Shown here piece after piece: positions 17,308-26,566 of a DNA stretch of 64,000 nucleotides. A model generated the notes under the pieces. The model was not told the origin of the DNA. It worked only from the letters and a program-made list of their open reading frames with translations, and ran no database searches. Origin of the DNA: Syntrophobacterales bacterium. GTDB lineage: Bacteria > Desulfobacterota > Desulfobaccia > Desulfobaccales > 0-14-0-80-60-11. The stretch lies in assembly GCA_023512475.1 (NCBI GenBank), contig JAILZL010000004.1, forward strand, positions 12,528 to 76,527, in the 5' to 3' direction. The position numbers were made by a program, and so were the translations under genes. How positions within the stretch are numbered: the first letter of the stretch is position 1; each line of letters starts with the position of its first letter.

Positions 17308-18437
17308 ACCTGAGGCGCACCTTCGCCGTCTTCCGCAAGGAGCTCATCCACATCCAGCGGGATCCCTCCAGCCTGGTGCAGGCCATTCTCCTGCCGGTGA
17401 TGCTCCTGTTGCTGTACGGCTATGCCCTCACCTTTGACATCACCGAGGTGCCGGTGGCGGTCTGGGACCGGGAGCAGAGCCGGGCCAGCCGCGAGCTGGT
17501 GCAGCGCTTCGGGTCCTCCCGCTACTTTACCCTGAGCCATCAGGTGACAAGCTCCGGGGAGATCGCCCGCCTGTTTGACCGGCGCCGCATCTGGCTGGCC
17601 CTGATTCTGCCCCCGGATTTCTCCCGCTACCTGAAGACCGAAGAACCTGCACCCCTGATGGCCATCGTGGACGGCACCGACGCCAACACCGCCAATGTCA
17701 TCCTGGGCTATGTCCAGGGGGTGGTGGCCGACTACAGCCGGGAGGTGGCCCAGGACCGCCTGCGGGCCCGGGGATTCACCCGACCCCTGGTGGAACTGAA
17801 AAGCGACGTGCGGGTGTGGTTCAATGAAGATCTGGAGAGCAAAAACTACATCGTTCCCGGACTGATTGTGGTCATCATGACCATGGTGGGGTCGCTCCTC
17901 ACCGCCCTCACCATCGTCCGGGAAGCGGAGCGGGGCAGCATGGAAGGCCTCATGGCCACCCCGCTGAAGAAATGGGAGCTCATCTTCGGGAAACTGGGGC
18001 CCTACTTTCTCATCGGCATGGTGGACATGTTCATTGCCCTGGGAATGGGGAAGTTTCTCTTTGAGGTGCCGTTGCGGGGCAGCGTGGCCCTCCTGATCGT
18101 GCTGTCCGCCCTGTTTCTGGTGGTGATGCTGGGGCAGGGCCTCCTCATTTCGGTCCTGTCCGTCAATCAGCTCCAGGCCTACCAGATGGCCACCCTGTTC
18201 ACCTTTCTGCCCGCCTTTCTGCTGTCGGGCTTTGTCTTTGCCATCAAGCAGATGCCGCTGCCCCTGCAGCTGGTGAGCTATCTGGTGCCCTCCCGCTATT
18301 TCGTCACCATCTCCAAGGGCATCTATCTCAAGGGCACCGGCCTTACCCTCCTGTGGGGCGAAGTGGTGCTGCTCCTGGCCTTTGCCGTCTTCTTTCTGGT
18401 GATGGCCCAACGCCGGCTGGTGAAAAAGATCCGCTGA
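17304..18437 (+). CDS. ABC-2 family permease
   Basis: The in-frame ATG at 17304 overlaps the ATPase stop (ATGA). MNLRRTFAVFRKELIHIQRDPSSL is a typical ABC-2 N-terminus. A C-terminal polytopic region follows. The ORF-track start at 16971 lies inside the ATPase gene. Confidence 0.85.
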   Translation: MNLRRTFAVFRKELIHIQRDPSSLVQAILLPVMLLLLYGYALTFDITEVPVAVWDREQSRASRELVQRFGSSRYFTLSHQVTSSGEIARLFDRRRIWLALILPPDFSRYLKTEEPAPLMAIVDGTDANTANVILGYVQGVVADYSREVAQDRLRARGFTRPLVELKSDVRVWFNEDLESKNYIVPGLIVVIMTMVGSLLTALTIVREAERGSMEGLMATPLKKWELIFGKLGPYFLIGMVDMFIALGMGKFLFEVPLRGSVALLIVLSALFLVVMLGQGLLISVLSVNQLQAYQMATLFTFLPAFLLSGFVFAIKQMPLPLQLVSYLVPSRYFVTISKGIYLKGTGLTLLWGEVVLLLAFAVFFLVMAQRRLVKKIR

Positions 18438-18470
18438 GGGCGGCCTCAAAGGGCCTTGAAGGGGGAGTGG

Positions 18471-19601
18471 ATGCTGCGGCGACTGCGACACATGGTGAAA
18501 AAGGAGCTCATCCAGGCGCTAAGGGACCCGCGTCTCAGGCTCTTCGTCATCCTGCCGCCCCTCATCCAGCTCATCATCTACGGCTATGCCATCAACTTCG
18601 ACCTGAAGCACATCGGCACCGGGGTGCTGGATCTGGATCTGAGCCGGGCCTCCCGGCAGTTGGTCAGCCGTTTTGCCGCCACGGAATACTTTTCCCTGGA
18701 TCAGGTCCTGAAGGAGCCGGGGGACATCAGCCGCCTCATGGACCGGAACCGGGTGACCCTGGTCCTGCGTTTCGCCCCGGATTTCGGCCGGGAACTGGCC
18801 GGCGGCCGTCCGGCCCGGCTGCAGCTCATCCTGGATGGCACCGATTCCAACAGCGCCCTGGTGGTGGCCCGCTACGCCGCCCAGGTGCTGGCGGACTACC
18901 AGGAGGAGCTGGCTGCGGCGCGCCTTGCAGCCCTGGGACTGCCGCCGGAGCTGGCCCGGCCCGTGAGGCTGGAGCCCCGGGCCTGGTTCAACGAGAACCT
19001 CATCAGCCGCTGGTCCTTTGTGCCGGGGGTCATCGCCATGGTGGTCATGCTGGTGAGCCTGATGCTCACCGCCCTGGCGGTGGTGCGGGAAAAGGAACTG
19101 GGCACCATGGAGCAGATCCTGGTGACGCCCTTGCGGCCGGTGGAATTTCTCCTGGGGAAGACCATCCCCTTTGTGCTCATCGCCCTGGCGGATGTGGTGC
19201 TGGTGACCCTGGTGGGGGTTTTCTGGTTCGAGGTGCCCTTCCGGGGCAGCGTGGCGGTCCTGTTTTTGGGGGTCCTCTGCTTTCTGTTCAATTCCGTGGG
19301 CCTGGGGCTGCTCATCTCCACCGTGTCCGCCACCCAGCAGCAGGCGATGATGGCGGGGACCTTCTTTTTCACCCCGGCCATTTTGCTGTCGGGGCTGGTC
19401 TTTCCGCTGCGCAACATGCCCGAGGCGGTGCAGTATCTCACCTATCTCAATCCCTTGCGCTATTTCATCATCATCATCCAGGACGTCTTTCTCAAGGGGG
19501 CGGGGCTCTCCGTCCTCTGGCCACAGATGCTGGGCCTGGGGCTTTTGGGTCTGTCCCTTTTGACGTTCAGCGTATTGCGCTCTCAGCGGTATCTGGGATA
19601 A
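18471..19601 (+). CDS. ABC-2 family permease (paralogue of the preceding gene)
   Basis: ATG at 18471 preceded by GGGGGAG. MLRRLRHMVKKELIQALRDPRL parallels the N-terminus of the upstream paralogue. Same length and TM pattern. Confidence 0.85.
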   Translation: MLRRLRHMVKKELIQALRDPRLRLFVILPPLIQLIIYGYAINFDLKHIGTGVLDLDLSRASRQLVSRFAATEYFSLDQVLKEPGDISRLMDRNRVTLVLRFAPDFGRELAGGRPARLQLILDGTDSNSALVVARYAAQVLADYQEELAAARLAALGLPPELARPVRLEPRAWFNENLISRWSFVPGVIAMVVMLVSLMLTALAVVREKELGTMEQILVTPLRPVEFLLGKTIPFVLIALADVVLVTLVGVFWFEVPFRGSVAVLFLGVLCFLFNSVGLGLLISTVSATQQQAMMAGTFFFTPAILLSGLVFPLRNMPEAVQYLTYLNPLRYFIIIIQDVFLKGAGLSVLWPQMLGLGLLGLSLLTFSVLRSQRYLG

Positions 19602-19847
19602 GCACTGGCCCTTGATTTAACTTTTCGTTAACAAATTAACCCCTTTTCCGCCCTAGCCCCAGCCGCCCCCTCCTTCTGTACCTGAAATCAGGCCGGAAAA
19701 ATCATCAGAGCGTGTATTGCCCCGATTCAACTTAAGGTGTCGATACTACGGAATACCTGGACAAAAAATTAACCAAAATCCTCTGTCCCTCTGCCCTTCT
19801 CCGGAAGAGCCAGAGGCCCTTCGCCCATGCCACCCCAAGGAGGAGCT

Positions 19848-21203
19848 ATGCCTGCACAACCACGCCTCTCTCCCGCCGCCTTGACCCTGGGTGCCCTGGC
19901 CGCCTTCCTGGCGGCCCTCCTCTGGACCGGCTTTTCCGGCCCCGCGGAGGCCGCCAAAGGCAGAAAACCCCGGCCCGGCAGCTCCGGCCACCACGGCGTC
20001 ACCACCTACCAGGGGAGCGCCACCTGCAAGCAGTGCCACAGCAACAAGGTCCAGGAGGTGCTGGACTCGGAGCACTACCGGTGGGCCGGAAAACTGGGAA
20101 AAATCAACGACTTCTGCATCTACCCCGACATCAACTGGCTGCAGCAGATCACCGTCGCGGCCCCCGACGGCACCAGCAAGACCACCGTCACCGGCTGCGC
20201 CTCCTGCCATGTGAGCTACGGGGAGTTCACCCCGCCGGCGGTGGGCGGCACCATGCCGGTGCAGGCCGACAACATTGACTGTCTCATCTGCCATTCCGAC
20301 GCCTACCGGCGGGTGGGCACCCTGGTAAACGGCAAGCCCGCCCTGGTCATCGACCCCAGCCTCAATCAGGCGGCGGTGCTGGCGGCCATCAAAAAGACCC
20401 CCTCCGCCCAGGCCTGCCTGAACTGCCATGCCCGGGCCGGGGGCGGCAACGCCATCAAGCAGGGGGACCTGGAGCTGGCCCAGGCCAACCCGCCCTATGA
20501 CCTGGATGTGCACCTGGCCACCACCGCGGTGGGCGGCGCCGGGTTGACCTGCGTCTCCTGTCACACGGTGAGCGCCCACAAGATCGCCGGCAAGGGCAAT
20601 GACCTGAGGGTGGCGGAAGGAAGCGGCATGAAGACCTGCACCACCTGCCACGGCACCGCCCCCCACGGCTCCGGCAATCTCAACAAGCACTACAGCCGGG
20701 ACAAGCAGCCCCTGGACTGCACCGTCTGCCACATCCCCACCTACGCCCGGGGGCTGGAGACGGAGACCCGCCGGGACTTCAGCGCCGCCGCGGAGTTCGA
20801 CCCCGGGGTGGGCCGCTGGGAGCCCCACCGCCTCCTGGAGGCGGACCTCACCCCGGTGTGGAGGACCTGGAACGGCACCTCGTTCTTCTATAACCTGGGC
20901 ACCGCCATCAGCGGCGATACCCTGACCCTGGCCGGCCCCAACCCCGGCACCCGCCTCTACCCCTTCAAGGTGCACACCGCCCGCATGGCGGTGGACCAGA
21001 ACCACCGGCTCATCCCCCTGAAATCCGCGCCCCTGTGGAGCCGGGGCGACCTGAACCTGGCCCGGGTCCAGGGGGAGCTGGAGGTCTTCGGGACCAACCT
21101 CACCTCGGTGCGCTATGTGGAGACCACCCGCTATTTCGGGCTGTATCACCAGGTGGCCCCCAAGGAGGCGGCCAAACAGGTGTGCGCCCGCTGCCACAAG
21201 TAA
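19848..21203 (+). CDS. Octaheme c-type cytochrome, secreted
   Basis: Eight CxxCH motifs (CKQCH, CASCH, CLICH, CLNCH, CVSCH, CTTCH, CTVCH, CARCH). Signal peptide ALTLGALAAFLAALLWTGFSGPAEA. ATG at 19848 is preceded by AAGGAGGA. Confidence 0.85.
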   Translation: MPAQPRLSPAALTLGALAAFLAALLWTGFSGPAEAAKGRKPRPGSSGHHGVTTYQGSATCKQCHSNKVQEVLDSEHYRWAGKLGKINDFCIYPDINWLQQITVAAPDGTSKTTVTGCASCHVSYGEFTPPAVGGTMPVQADNIDCLICHSDAYRRVGTLVNGKPALVIDPSLNQAAVLAAIKKTPSAQACLNCHARAGGGNAIKQGDLELAQANPPYDLDVHLATTAVGGAGLTCVSCHTVSAHKIAGKGNDLRVAEGSGMKTCTTCHGTAPHGSGNLNKHYSRDKQPLDCTVCHIPTYARGLETETRRDFSAAAEFDPGVGRWEPHRLLEADLTPVWRTWNGTSFFYNLGTAISGDTLTLAGPNPGTRLYPFKVHTARMAVDQNHRLIPLKSAPLWSRGDLNLARVQGELEVFGTNLTSVRYVETTRYFGLYHQVAPKEAAKQVCARCHK

Positions 21204-21224
21204 CCGCCGGCTTCGGAGCCTCAG

Positions 21225-21260
21225 ACCCCGGGAGGGCGGCTTCCTTCCGCCCCTCCCGGG
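21225..21260. terminator. GC-rich hairpin between convergent genes (possible bidirectional terminator)
   Basis: CCCCGGGAGGGCGG (21225-21238), loop cttcctt, CCGCCCCTCCCGGGG (21246-21260). This is a 14-bp stem with one bulged C. No clear U-tract follows. Confidence 0.35.
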
Positions 21261-21429
21261 GATTCAGCCTGTGCCGGACGCCCAGGGAGGGAGATTTTTC
21301 CTTCCTCCGGCTGAGGCGGGAAAAGAGGGGGGCCGGGGGAAAACTTCCCCGGATGGCAGGGTCTTGGATGAAGGGGGGAGTGTCCTTGGGGATGCTGAAT
21401 CCCCTGCCGCGTCCCCGCCTGCGCCGCCG

Positions 21430-22428
21430 TCAGCAGATGCGGGGCAGGAGCTCGCCGCTGGGGGGCTCCAGGAGCCGGGAGGTGCCCAGCTGGGTGCGCA
21501 GCACCACCCGGCCGGGAGGGCCCGGGAGCACCCGGCCGATGCGGGCGGCCTGCCCGCCGTAGGGGCTGGCCCGCATGATCTTCAGGGCCACCTCCGCCTC
21601 CGGGTCCGGCAGGCAGAGGAGCATCTTGCCTTCGTTGGCCACCTGCAGGGGGTCAAGCCCCAGGGCCTCGCAGGCCGCGGCCACCGCCGGGCTGAGGGGG
21701 ATGCAGCTTTCCTCCACCTCAATGGCCACCTGGGACTGCCGGGCCAGCTCGTTTAAGGCCGCCGCCACGCCCCCCCGGGTGGGGTCCCGCATGGCATGGA
21801 TGGCCACCCCGGCCGCCAGGAGCCCCAGTACCATGCCGGTCAAGGGGGCGGTGTCGCTTCGGAGCTCCACCCCTTCCAAAAGCCCCTCCCGGGCCAGCAT
21901 CACGGTGGCGCCGTGATCCCCCACGGTGCCGGAGATCAGCACGGCGTCCCCCGGCCTCAGGCTGCTCCCGGAAATCCCCGGGCTCAGGATCTCCCCCACC
22001 CCGGCGGTGGTGATGAAGACCTGGTCCGCGGCGCCCCGGGGCACCACCTTGGTGTCCCCGGTGACGATGCTGACCCCGGCCTCCCGGGCGGTGGCCGCCA
22101 TGGAGGCGGCGATGCGCCTCAGGGTCTCCAGCGGCAGCCCCTCCTCCAGGATGAAGGAGGCGGACAAGGCCAGCGGCCGGGCCCCCACGGTCAAAAGGTC
22201 GTTAACGGTTCCGGCCACCGCCAGGCGGCCGATGTCCCCCCCGGGAAAGAACAGGGGAGAGACCACGAAAGAGTCGGTGGTGAAGGCGATGCGGGAGGAC
22301 GGCAGGTGCAGGACGGCGCTGTCGTCCTCCTGCCGCTCCGCCGGCCCGTAGGCCGTCAGAAACACCCGGCGGATGAGTTCCCCCATCTCCCGGCCCCCGG
22401 CCCCGTGGCTGAGTAGGATCACCTCCAT
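21430..22428 (-). CDS. hypE: Hydrogenase maturation protein HypE
   Basis: ATG at 22428 (MEVILLSHGAGGREM...). AIR-synthase-like fold motifs. The C-terminus ends ...LLPRIC, the HypE PR(I/V)C carbamoyl/cyano-carrier cysteine. The ORF-track start at 22677 adds 83 unsupported residues. Confidence 0.9.
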   Translation of the reverse strand: MEVILLSHGAGGREMGELIRRVFLTAYGPAERQEDDSAVLHLPSSRIAFTTDSFVVSPLFFPGGDIGRLAVAGTVNDLLTVGARPLALSASFILEEGLPLETLRRIAASMAATAREAGVSIVTGDTKVVPRGAADQVFITTAGVGEILSPGISGSSLRPGDAVLISGTVGDHGATVMLAREGLLEGVELRSDTAPLTGMVLGLLAAGVAIHAMRDPTRGGVAAALNELARQSQVAIEVEESCIPLSPAVAAACEALGLDPLQVANEGKMLLCLPDPEAEVALKIMRASPYGGQAARIGRVLPGPPGRVVLRTQLGTSRLLEPPSGELLPRIC

Positions 22429-22737
22429 GGCCTCCCGCTCTGAGGCAGGGCCTGGGACCTCATGCCCTGCCCGCCCTCTCCTTTCTCCCCCCGGGGGGGT
22501 GAAGTCCGTGACCGCACCGTGATATATTGCATCCAGCTGGGGGAGGAGGAGGCCAGGGTCGGTGGCCCCGGCTCTCTCTTCCCCCTCTCCCCCGCGCCTG
22601 AGGAGGGGGACAGGGGAGCTGGCCGAGCGGGCAGGGAGAAAGGTTTCCCCGGCCCTCTCCGACGATTTTACCAGCAACGGGGGGCGCTGTCAGGAGGCGG
22701 GCCGCCGGCCCTGGAATTCACCTGTGGGAGGGAGCCT

Positions 22738-24084
22738 ATGCAGCCGGATTACGACACCCTGGTGCGCTGGGACCACGAGCATCTCTGGCACCCTTTCACC
22801 CAGATGAAAGGTTTCCGGGAGGAGGAGCTCCTCATCATCGAACGGGGCGAGGGGCCCTATCTTTTTGACCTGCAGGGCCGCCGCTATCTGGACGGGGTCT
22901 CCTCTTTGTGGTGCAATGTCCACGGCCACCGGCGGCACGAGCTGGACGTGGCCCTACGCCGGCAGCTCAACCAGATGGCCCACAGCACGCTTCTGGGGCT
23001 GGCCCACCCCACAGCCATCATGCTGGCCCGCCGCCTGGCGGAGATCGCGCCCGCGGGCCTCACCAAGGTTTTCTTTTCCGATAACGGCTCCACCGCGGTG
23101 GAGGCAGCCCTAAAGATCGCCTTCCAGTACTGGCGCCAGCGGGGCCGGCCGGAGAAGCACCGCTTCCTGAAGCTGGCCCAGGCCTATCACGGTGACACCC
23201 TGGGCGCGGTGTCCGTGGGGGGGATCCCCCTTTTCCATGAGATCTACCGGCCCCTGCTCTTCGAGACCCTGGAGGCGCCCACCACCTACTGCTACCGCTG
23301 TGCCCACCGGGAGCGCTGCGAGGAGCAGTGCCTCACCCGGCTCACGGAGCTGGTGGCCGCCCACCACCGGGAGCTGGCCGCGGTGATCCTGGAGCCGGTG
23401 ATGCAGGGGGCGGCGGGGATGATCGCCCAGCCGCCGGGGTATCTGGCGAAGGTGCGCCAGGTGACCCGGGAATACGGCGTGCTCCTCATCTGCGACGAGG
23501 TGGCCACCGGCTTCGGCCGCACCGGCCGCATGTTCGCCTGCGAGCATGAGGGGGTGAGCCCCGATCTCCTGTGCCTCTCCAAGGGCATCACCGGCGGCTA
23601 CCTGCCCCTGGCCGCCACTTTGGCCACCGACGAAATTTATGACGCCTTTCTGGGCGAGTTCCACGAGTTCAAGACCTTCTTCCACGGTCACACCTACACC
23701 GGCAACCCCCTGGCCGCGGCGGTGGCCCTGGCCAGTTTGGAGGTCTTTGAGAAGGACCGGGTCCTGGAGCACCTGGCGGCCAAGATCGAGCTTTTAGGCC
23801 GCTGTCTGCAGGAGATGGCGGAGGATCCCCATGTGGGGGAGGTGCGCCAGCGTGGCTTCATGGTGGGCATCGAGCTGGTGCAGGACAAGGCCACCCGGGA
23901 ACCCTTCCCGGTGGCCCGGCGCACCGGCCACCGGGTGATCCTGGCGGCCCGGAAACTGGGGGCCATCCTGCGGCCCCTGGGGGATGTCATCGTGCTCATG
24001 CCCCCCTTGTGTATCACCCCGGCCCAGCTGGAGGAGCTCTGCCGCCTCACCGCCGCCGCCATCGAGGAGGGCACCCGGCCGTAA
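22738..24084 (+). CDS. bioA: Adenosylmethionine-8-amino-7-oxononanoate aminotransferase
   Basis: ATG at 22738 ([24 protein letters not shown]). Motifs [15 protein letters not shown] and PLP-lysine region [12 protein letters not shown]. 448 aa. Confidence 0.9.
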   Translation: MQPDYDTLVRWDHEHLWHPFTQMKGFREEELLIIERGEGPYLFDLQGRRYLDGVSSLWCNVHGHRRHELDVALRRQLNQMAHSTLLGLAHPTAIMLARRLAEIAPAGLTKVFFSDNGSTAVEAALKIAFQYWRQRGRPEKHRFLKLAQAYHGDTLGAVSVGGIPLFHEIYRPLLFETLEAPTTYCYRCAHRERCEEQCLTRLTELVAAHHRELAAVILEPVMQGAAGMIAQPPGYLAKVRQVTREYGVLLICDEVATGFGRTGRMFACEHEGVSPDLLCLSKGITGGYLPLAATLATDEIYDAFLGEFHEFKTFFHGHTYTGNPLAAAVALASLEVFEKDRVLEHLAAKIELLGRCLQEMAEDPHVGEVRQRGFMVGIELVQDKATREPFPVARRTGHRVILAARKLGAILRPLGDVIVLMPPLCITPAQLEELCRLTAAAIEEGTRP

Positions 24085-24113
24085 CCGGGGGAAGTCCGCC
24101 GCCGTGGCCGGAT

Positions 24114-26558
24114 TTATGCCGCCGGCCTGTCGTCCCCCGCAAAACCTATCAGCACCCCGGCCGGGATCAAGGCGGCATAGCAGACGGCCCCGATCGCCAG
24201 GGTGAAACTGATGCCGTAGGCCAGCCCCACCACTGCGGCCATTCCGGCCGCCAGCACCCCCGCCGCGCCGTTGATCCCCCAGAACCAGGGGGTGGGACGG
24301 GGGTCCTGCCGCATCACCAGGCGCATGCCGCCGGGAAAGCCGCAGCCCATCAGGAGCCCCGCCGGGGTGATCACCCCCAGACACAGAAGCCCCCGCCACA
24401 AGAGGGGGGCACTTTCCACCCCCTGGAGCACCCCCGGCAGCCACAGGGGCAGGCTCCCCAGGTAAGCGGCGGTGAGGAGGGCCCAGAGGATCAGTCCCCC
24501 CGGCCGGGTCAGGGGCAGGGCCCCGGAAAGGAGGCTTCCCACCCCGGTGGTGAAGATCAGGCTGGCAAGCACCAGGCTGAGGCCATGGAAGGGGTGCCCC
24601 AAAAAGACCCCCAGGCGCTGAAAGAGGCCGATTTCCACCATCATGAAGCCCACCCCGAGGAGGAGGAAATACGCCGTGCCGCCGAAGACCAGCCGGGGGG
24701 ACACCTGGCGCACGGCCGGGCGCAAGGGCACAATGACGGTGCCCAGCACCAGGAGGAGGGAAATGAAAAGGATGAGGAGCAGGGTGAAGGCCGCCAGGAA
24801 ATTCCCGGCCAAAGCCCCCCGGGGGGAGATCTGTCTCAACAGGGCCGGCCAGTCGCCGGGGCGGTGAAAGGGCAGATGGTTGAAGAAAAAAGGGCGGTCA
24901 TCGGTGGGCGGCCGCACGTCCAAAAGGAAGGTGCGGGCCATCTCCTCCAGGGCCCGGGGGTCTTTGGCCGCCAGGATTCTCTGCCAGGCCGGGGAGGCCG
25001 GCGGCCGGTGGGGATGCACCAACAGGGTGTAATCATAGTCCGCCACCGCCTGCTCCAAGGCCGCGAGGTCCTCGGGTGACCACGGCGAGGCGGAGATCAG
25101 CAGGGTGGCCATCTTCCCGACGGCGGCGGCAAAGAGGTGGGACTGAGGCTCTGCCACACCCCGCTCCAGCAGGGTGGCCACCGCCAGACTGAGGAGGCGG
25201 CTGAATTCATCCACTTCTCCGGGATGATACCAGCGGCTGACGCTGAACACGCCCGCCGGAGTCAGGCGGGAGAGGAAGATACGCCACGCCTCCCGGGTAT
25301 AGAGGCCGTTTTCGCTCATGGTGAAGCCCCCGGCGGCGTTGGCCCGCTCATCCCCCGCCAGGCTCATCTGAATGATGTCAAAGGTCTCCGGATGGCGGAT
25401 GAACCAGTTACGGGCCTCTGCCGCCAGCAGGCGCACGGAGGGCAGGCCGGCCAGACCGGCAAAGCGGGAGAGCTCCGGGTGCCGGGTCACCAGGTCCACC
25501 ACGATGGGGTTGAGCTCCAGGCCGGTGATCTCCCGGCGGCCGAAGACCCAGGCCGACAGCACATCCCGGCCGCCCCCGGCCCCCACCACCGCCACCCGGG
25601 GCCGTCCCGGCAGGAAATACACCAGGTTCACCACATCATATTTGAGGAAGGCCACCTCCTCCTCCCGACCCCGGAAGCGATACATCTGGGTGTCCGCGAA
25701 CCCGTCCGTGCGCAGGATGCGATGGTCCACCCGAAGGCCCGGAGGGAGTTTCGGGGAGGGGCCCCAGAGCATGGGTTCCTCCCCTTCCACCCGCACCGCC
25801 GTGACCCGGGAAAAGTAGTTCCACCTCTCCACCACCAGGCGGAAAGGATTGCGGCGCTCCACCTCATCCTTGACCACCAGGGGCTGGAGCCCGTAGCCGG
25901 TGAGGCCGTTGACGGCGGCGAAGAAGGCCAAAAAGAGGAGCAACCGGCGGCTCCTCAGGAAAGCGGTTCCGGGAAGCAGCACCTCCGGCGGGCTCCCCAG
26001 CCCGGAGCCCGCAAAAAGGGCGCCGGCGGCCAGGGCCAGCACCGCCAGCCAGAGAACCGCCGAGGGGCCGTCCGTCAGGCTGAGAAGCCCGACCACGGCC
26101 AGGCAGCCCACCGCCGCGCCCACCATGTCCACGCCGTAGACCCGGCTGACGGGGAAGGGGCTCTGGGTCAGGGCCAGGCTCACTACGAGACCGGAAAAGA
26201 CATAAGGGAGAGCCAGAAATACAGCCAACAGCAGCCAGGCCAGCACGCAGGTCAGGGAGAGGGAGACGGTGAGGGGCAAAAGGAGTTGGCCCATCAGCGA
26301 GACCACCAGGCTCACCCCGAAGGCACTGCTGAAATAGGAGAGATAATAGGAGAGGGCCGGAGCCAAGCGGCTCTGATAATAATACACCCAGACCGCCCCC
26401 ACCGTTAGGCCGAACATGGCCATGCTGATGGCGAAAAATGCCAGATGGTACCACAGGATTACTGAGAGTATTCTGGTTTCCGTCAATTGGAACATTAAAG
26501 TGCAGGCAGTAATTAAAAATACTCCCAGATAAAAGCGCAAAGGTCCGTAAGAAAACAT
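24114..26558 (-). CDS. Polytopic membrane protein with a central spermidine-synthase-like (class I methyltransferase-fold) domain
   Basis: About 814 aa. Many TM segments on both sides of a soluble core containing VAVVGAGGGRDVLSAWVFGRREITGLELNPIVVDL (SpeE-type nucleotide-binding motif). ATG at 26558 is preceded by GAGGA. The ORF-track TTG at 26570 is an alternative start. Confidence 0.7.
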   Translation of the reverse strand: MFSYGPLRFYLGVFLITACTLMFQLTETRILSVILWYHLAFFAISMAMFGLTVGAVWVYYYQSRLAPALSYYLSYFSSAFGVSLVVSLMGQLLLPLTVSLSLTCVLAWLLLAVFLALPYVFSGLVVSLALTQSPFPVSRVYGVDMVGAAVGCLAVVGLLSLTDGPSAVLWLAVLALAAGALFAGSGLGSPPEVLLPGTAFLRSRRLLLFLAFFAAVNGLTGYGLQPLVVKDEVERRNPFRLVVERWNYFSRVTAVRVEGEEPMLWGPSPKLPPGLRVDHRILRTDGFADTQMYRFRGREEEVAFLKYDVVNLVYFLPGRPRVAVVGAGGGRDVLSAWVFGRREITGLELNPIVVDLVTRHPELSRFAGLAGLPSVRLLAAEARNWFIRHPETFDIIQMSLAGDERANAAGGFTMSENGLYTREAWRIFLSRLTPAGVFSVSRWYHPGEVDEFSRLLSLAVATLLERGVAEPQSHLFAAAVGKMATLLISASPWSPEDLAALEQAVADYDYTLLVHPHRPPASPAWQRILAAKDPRALEEMARTFLLDVRPPTDDRPFFFNHLPFHRPGDWPALLRQISPRGALAGNFLAAFTLLLILFISLLLVLGTVIVPLRPAVRQVSPRLVFGGTAYFLLLGVGFMMVEIGLFQRLGVFLGHPFHGLSLVLASLIFTTGVGSLLSGALPLTRPGGLILWALLTAAYLGSLPLWLPGVLQGVESAPLLWRGLLCLGVITPAGLLMGCGFPGGMRLVMRQDPRPTPWFWGINGAAGVLAAGMAAVVGLAYGISFTLAIGAVCYAALIPAGVLIGFAGDDRPAA

Positions 26559-26566
26559 GTATTTCC

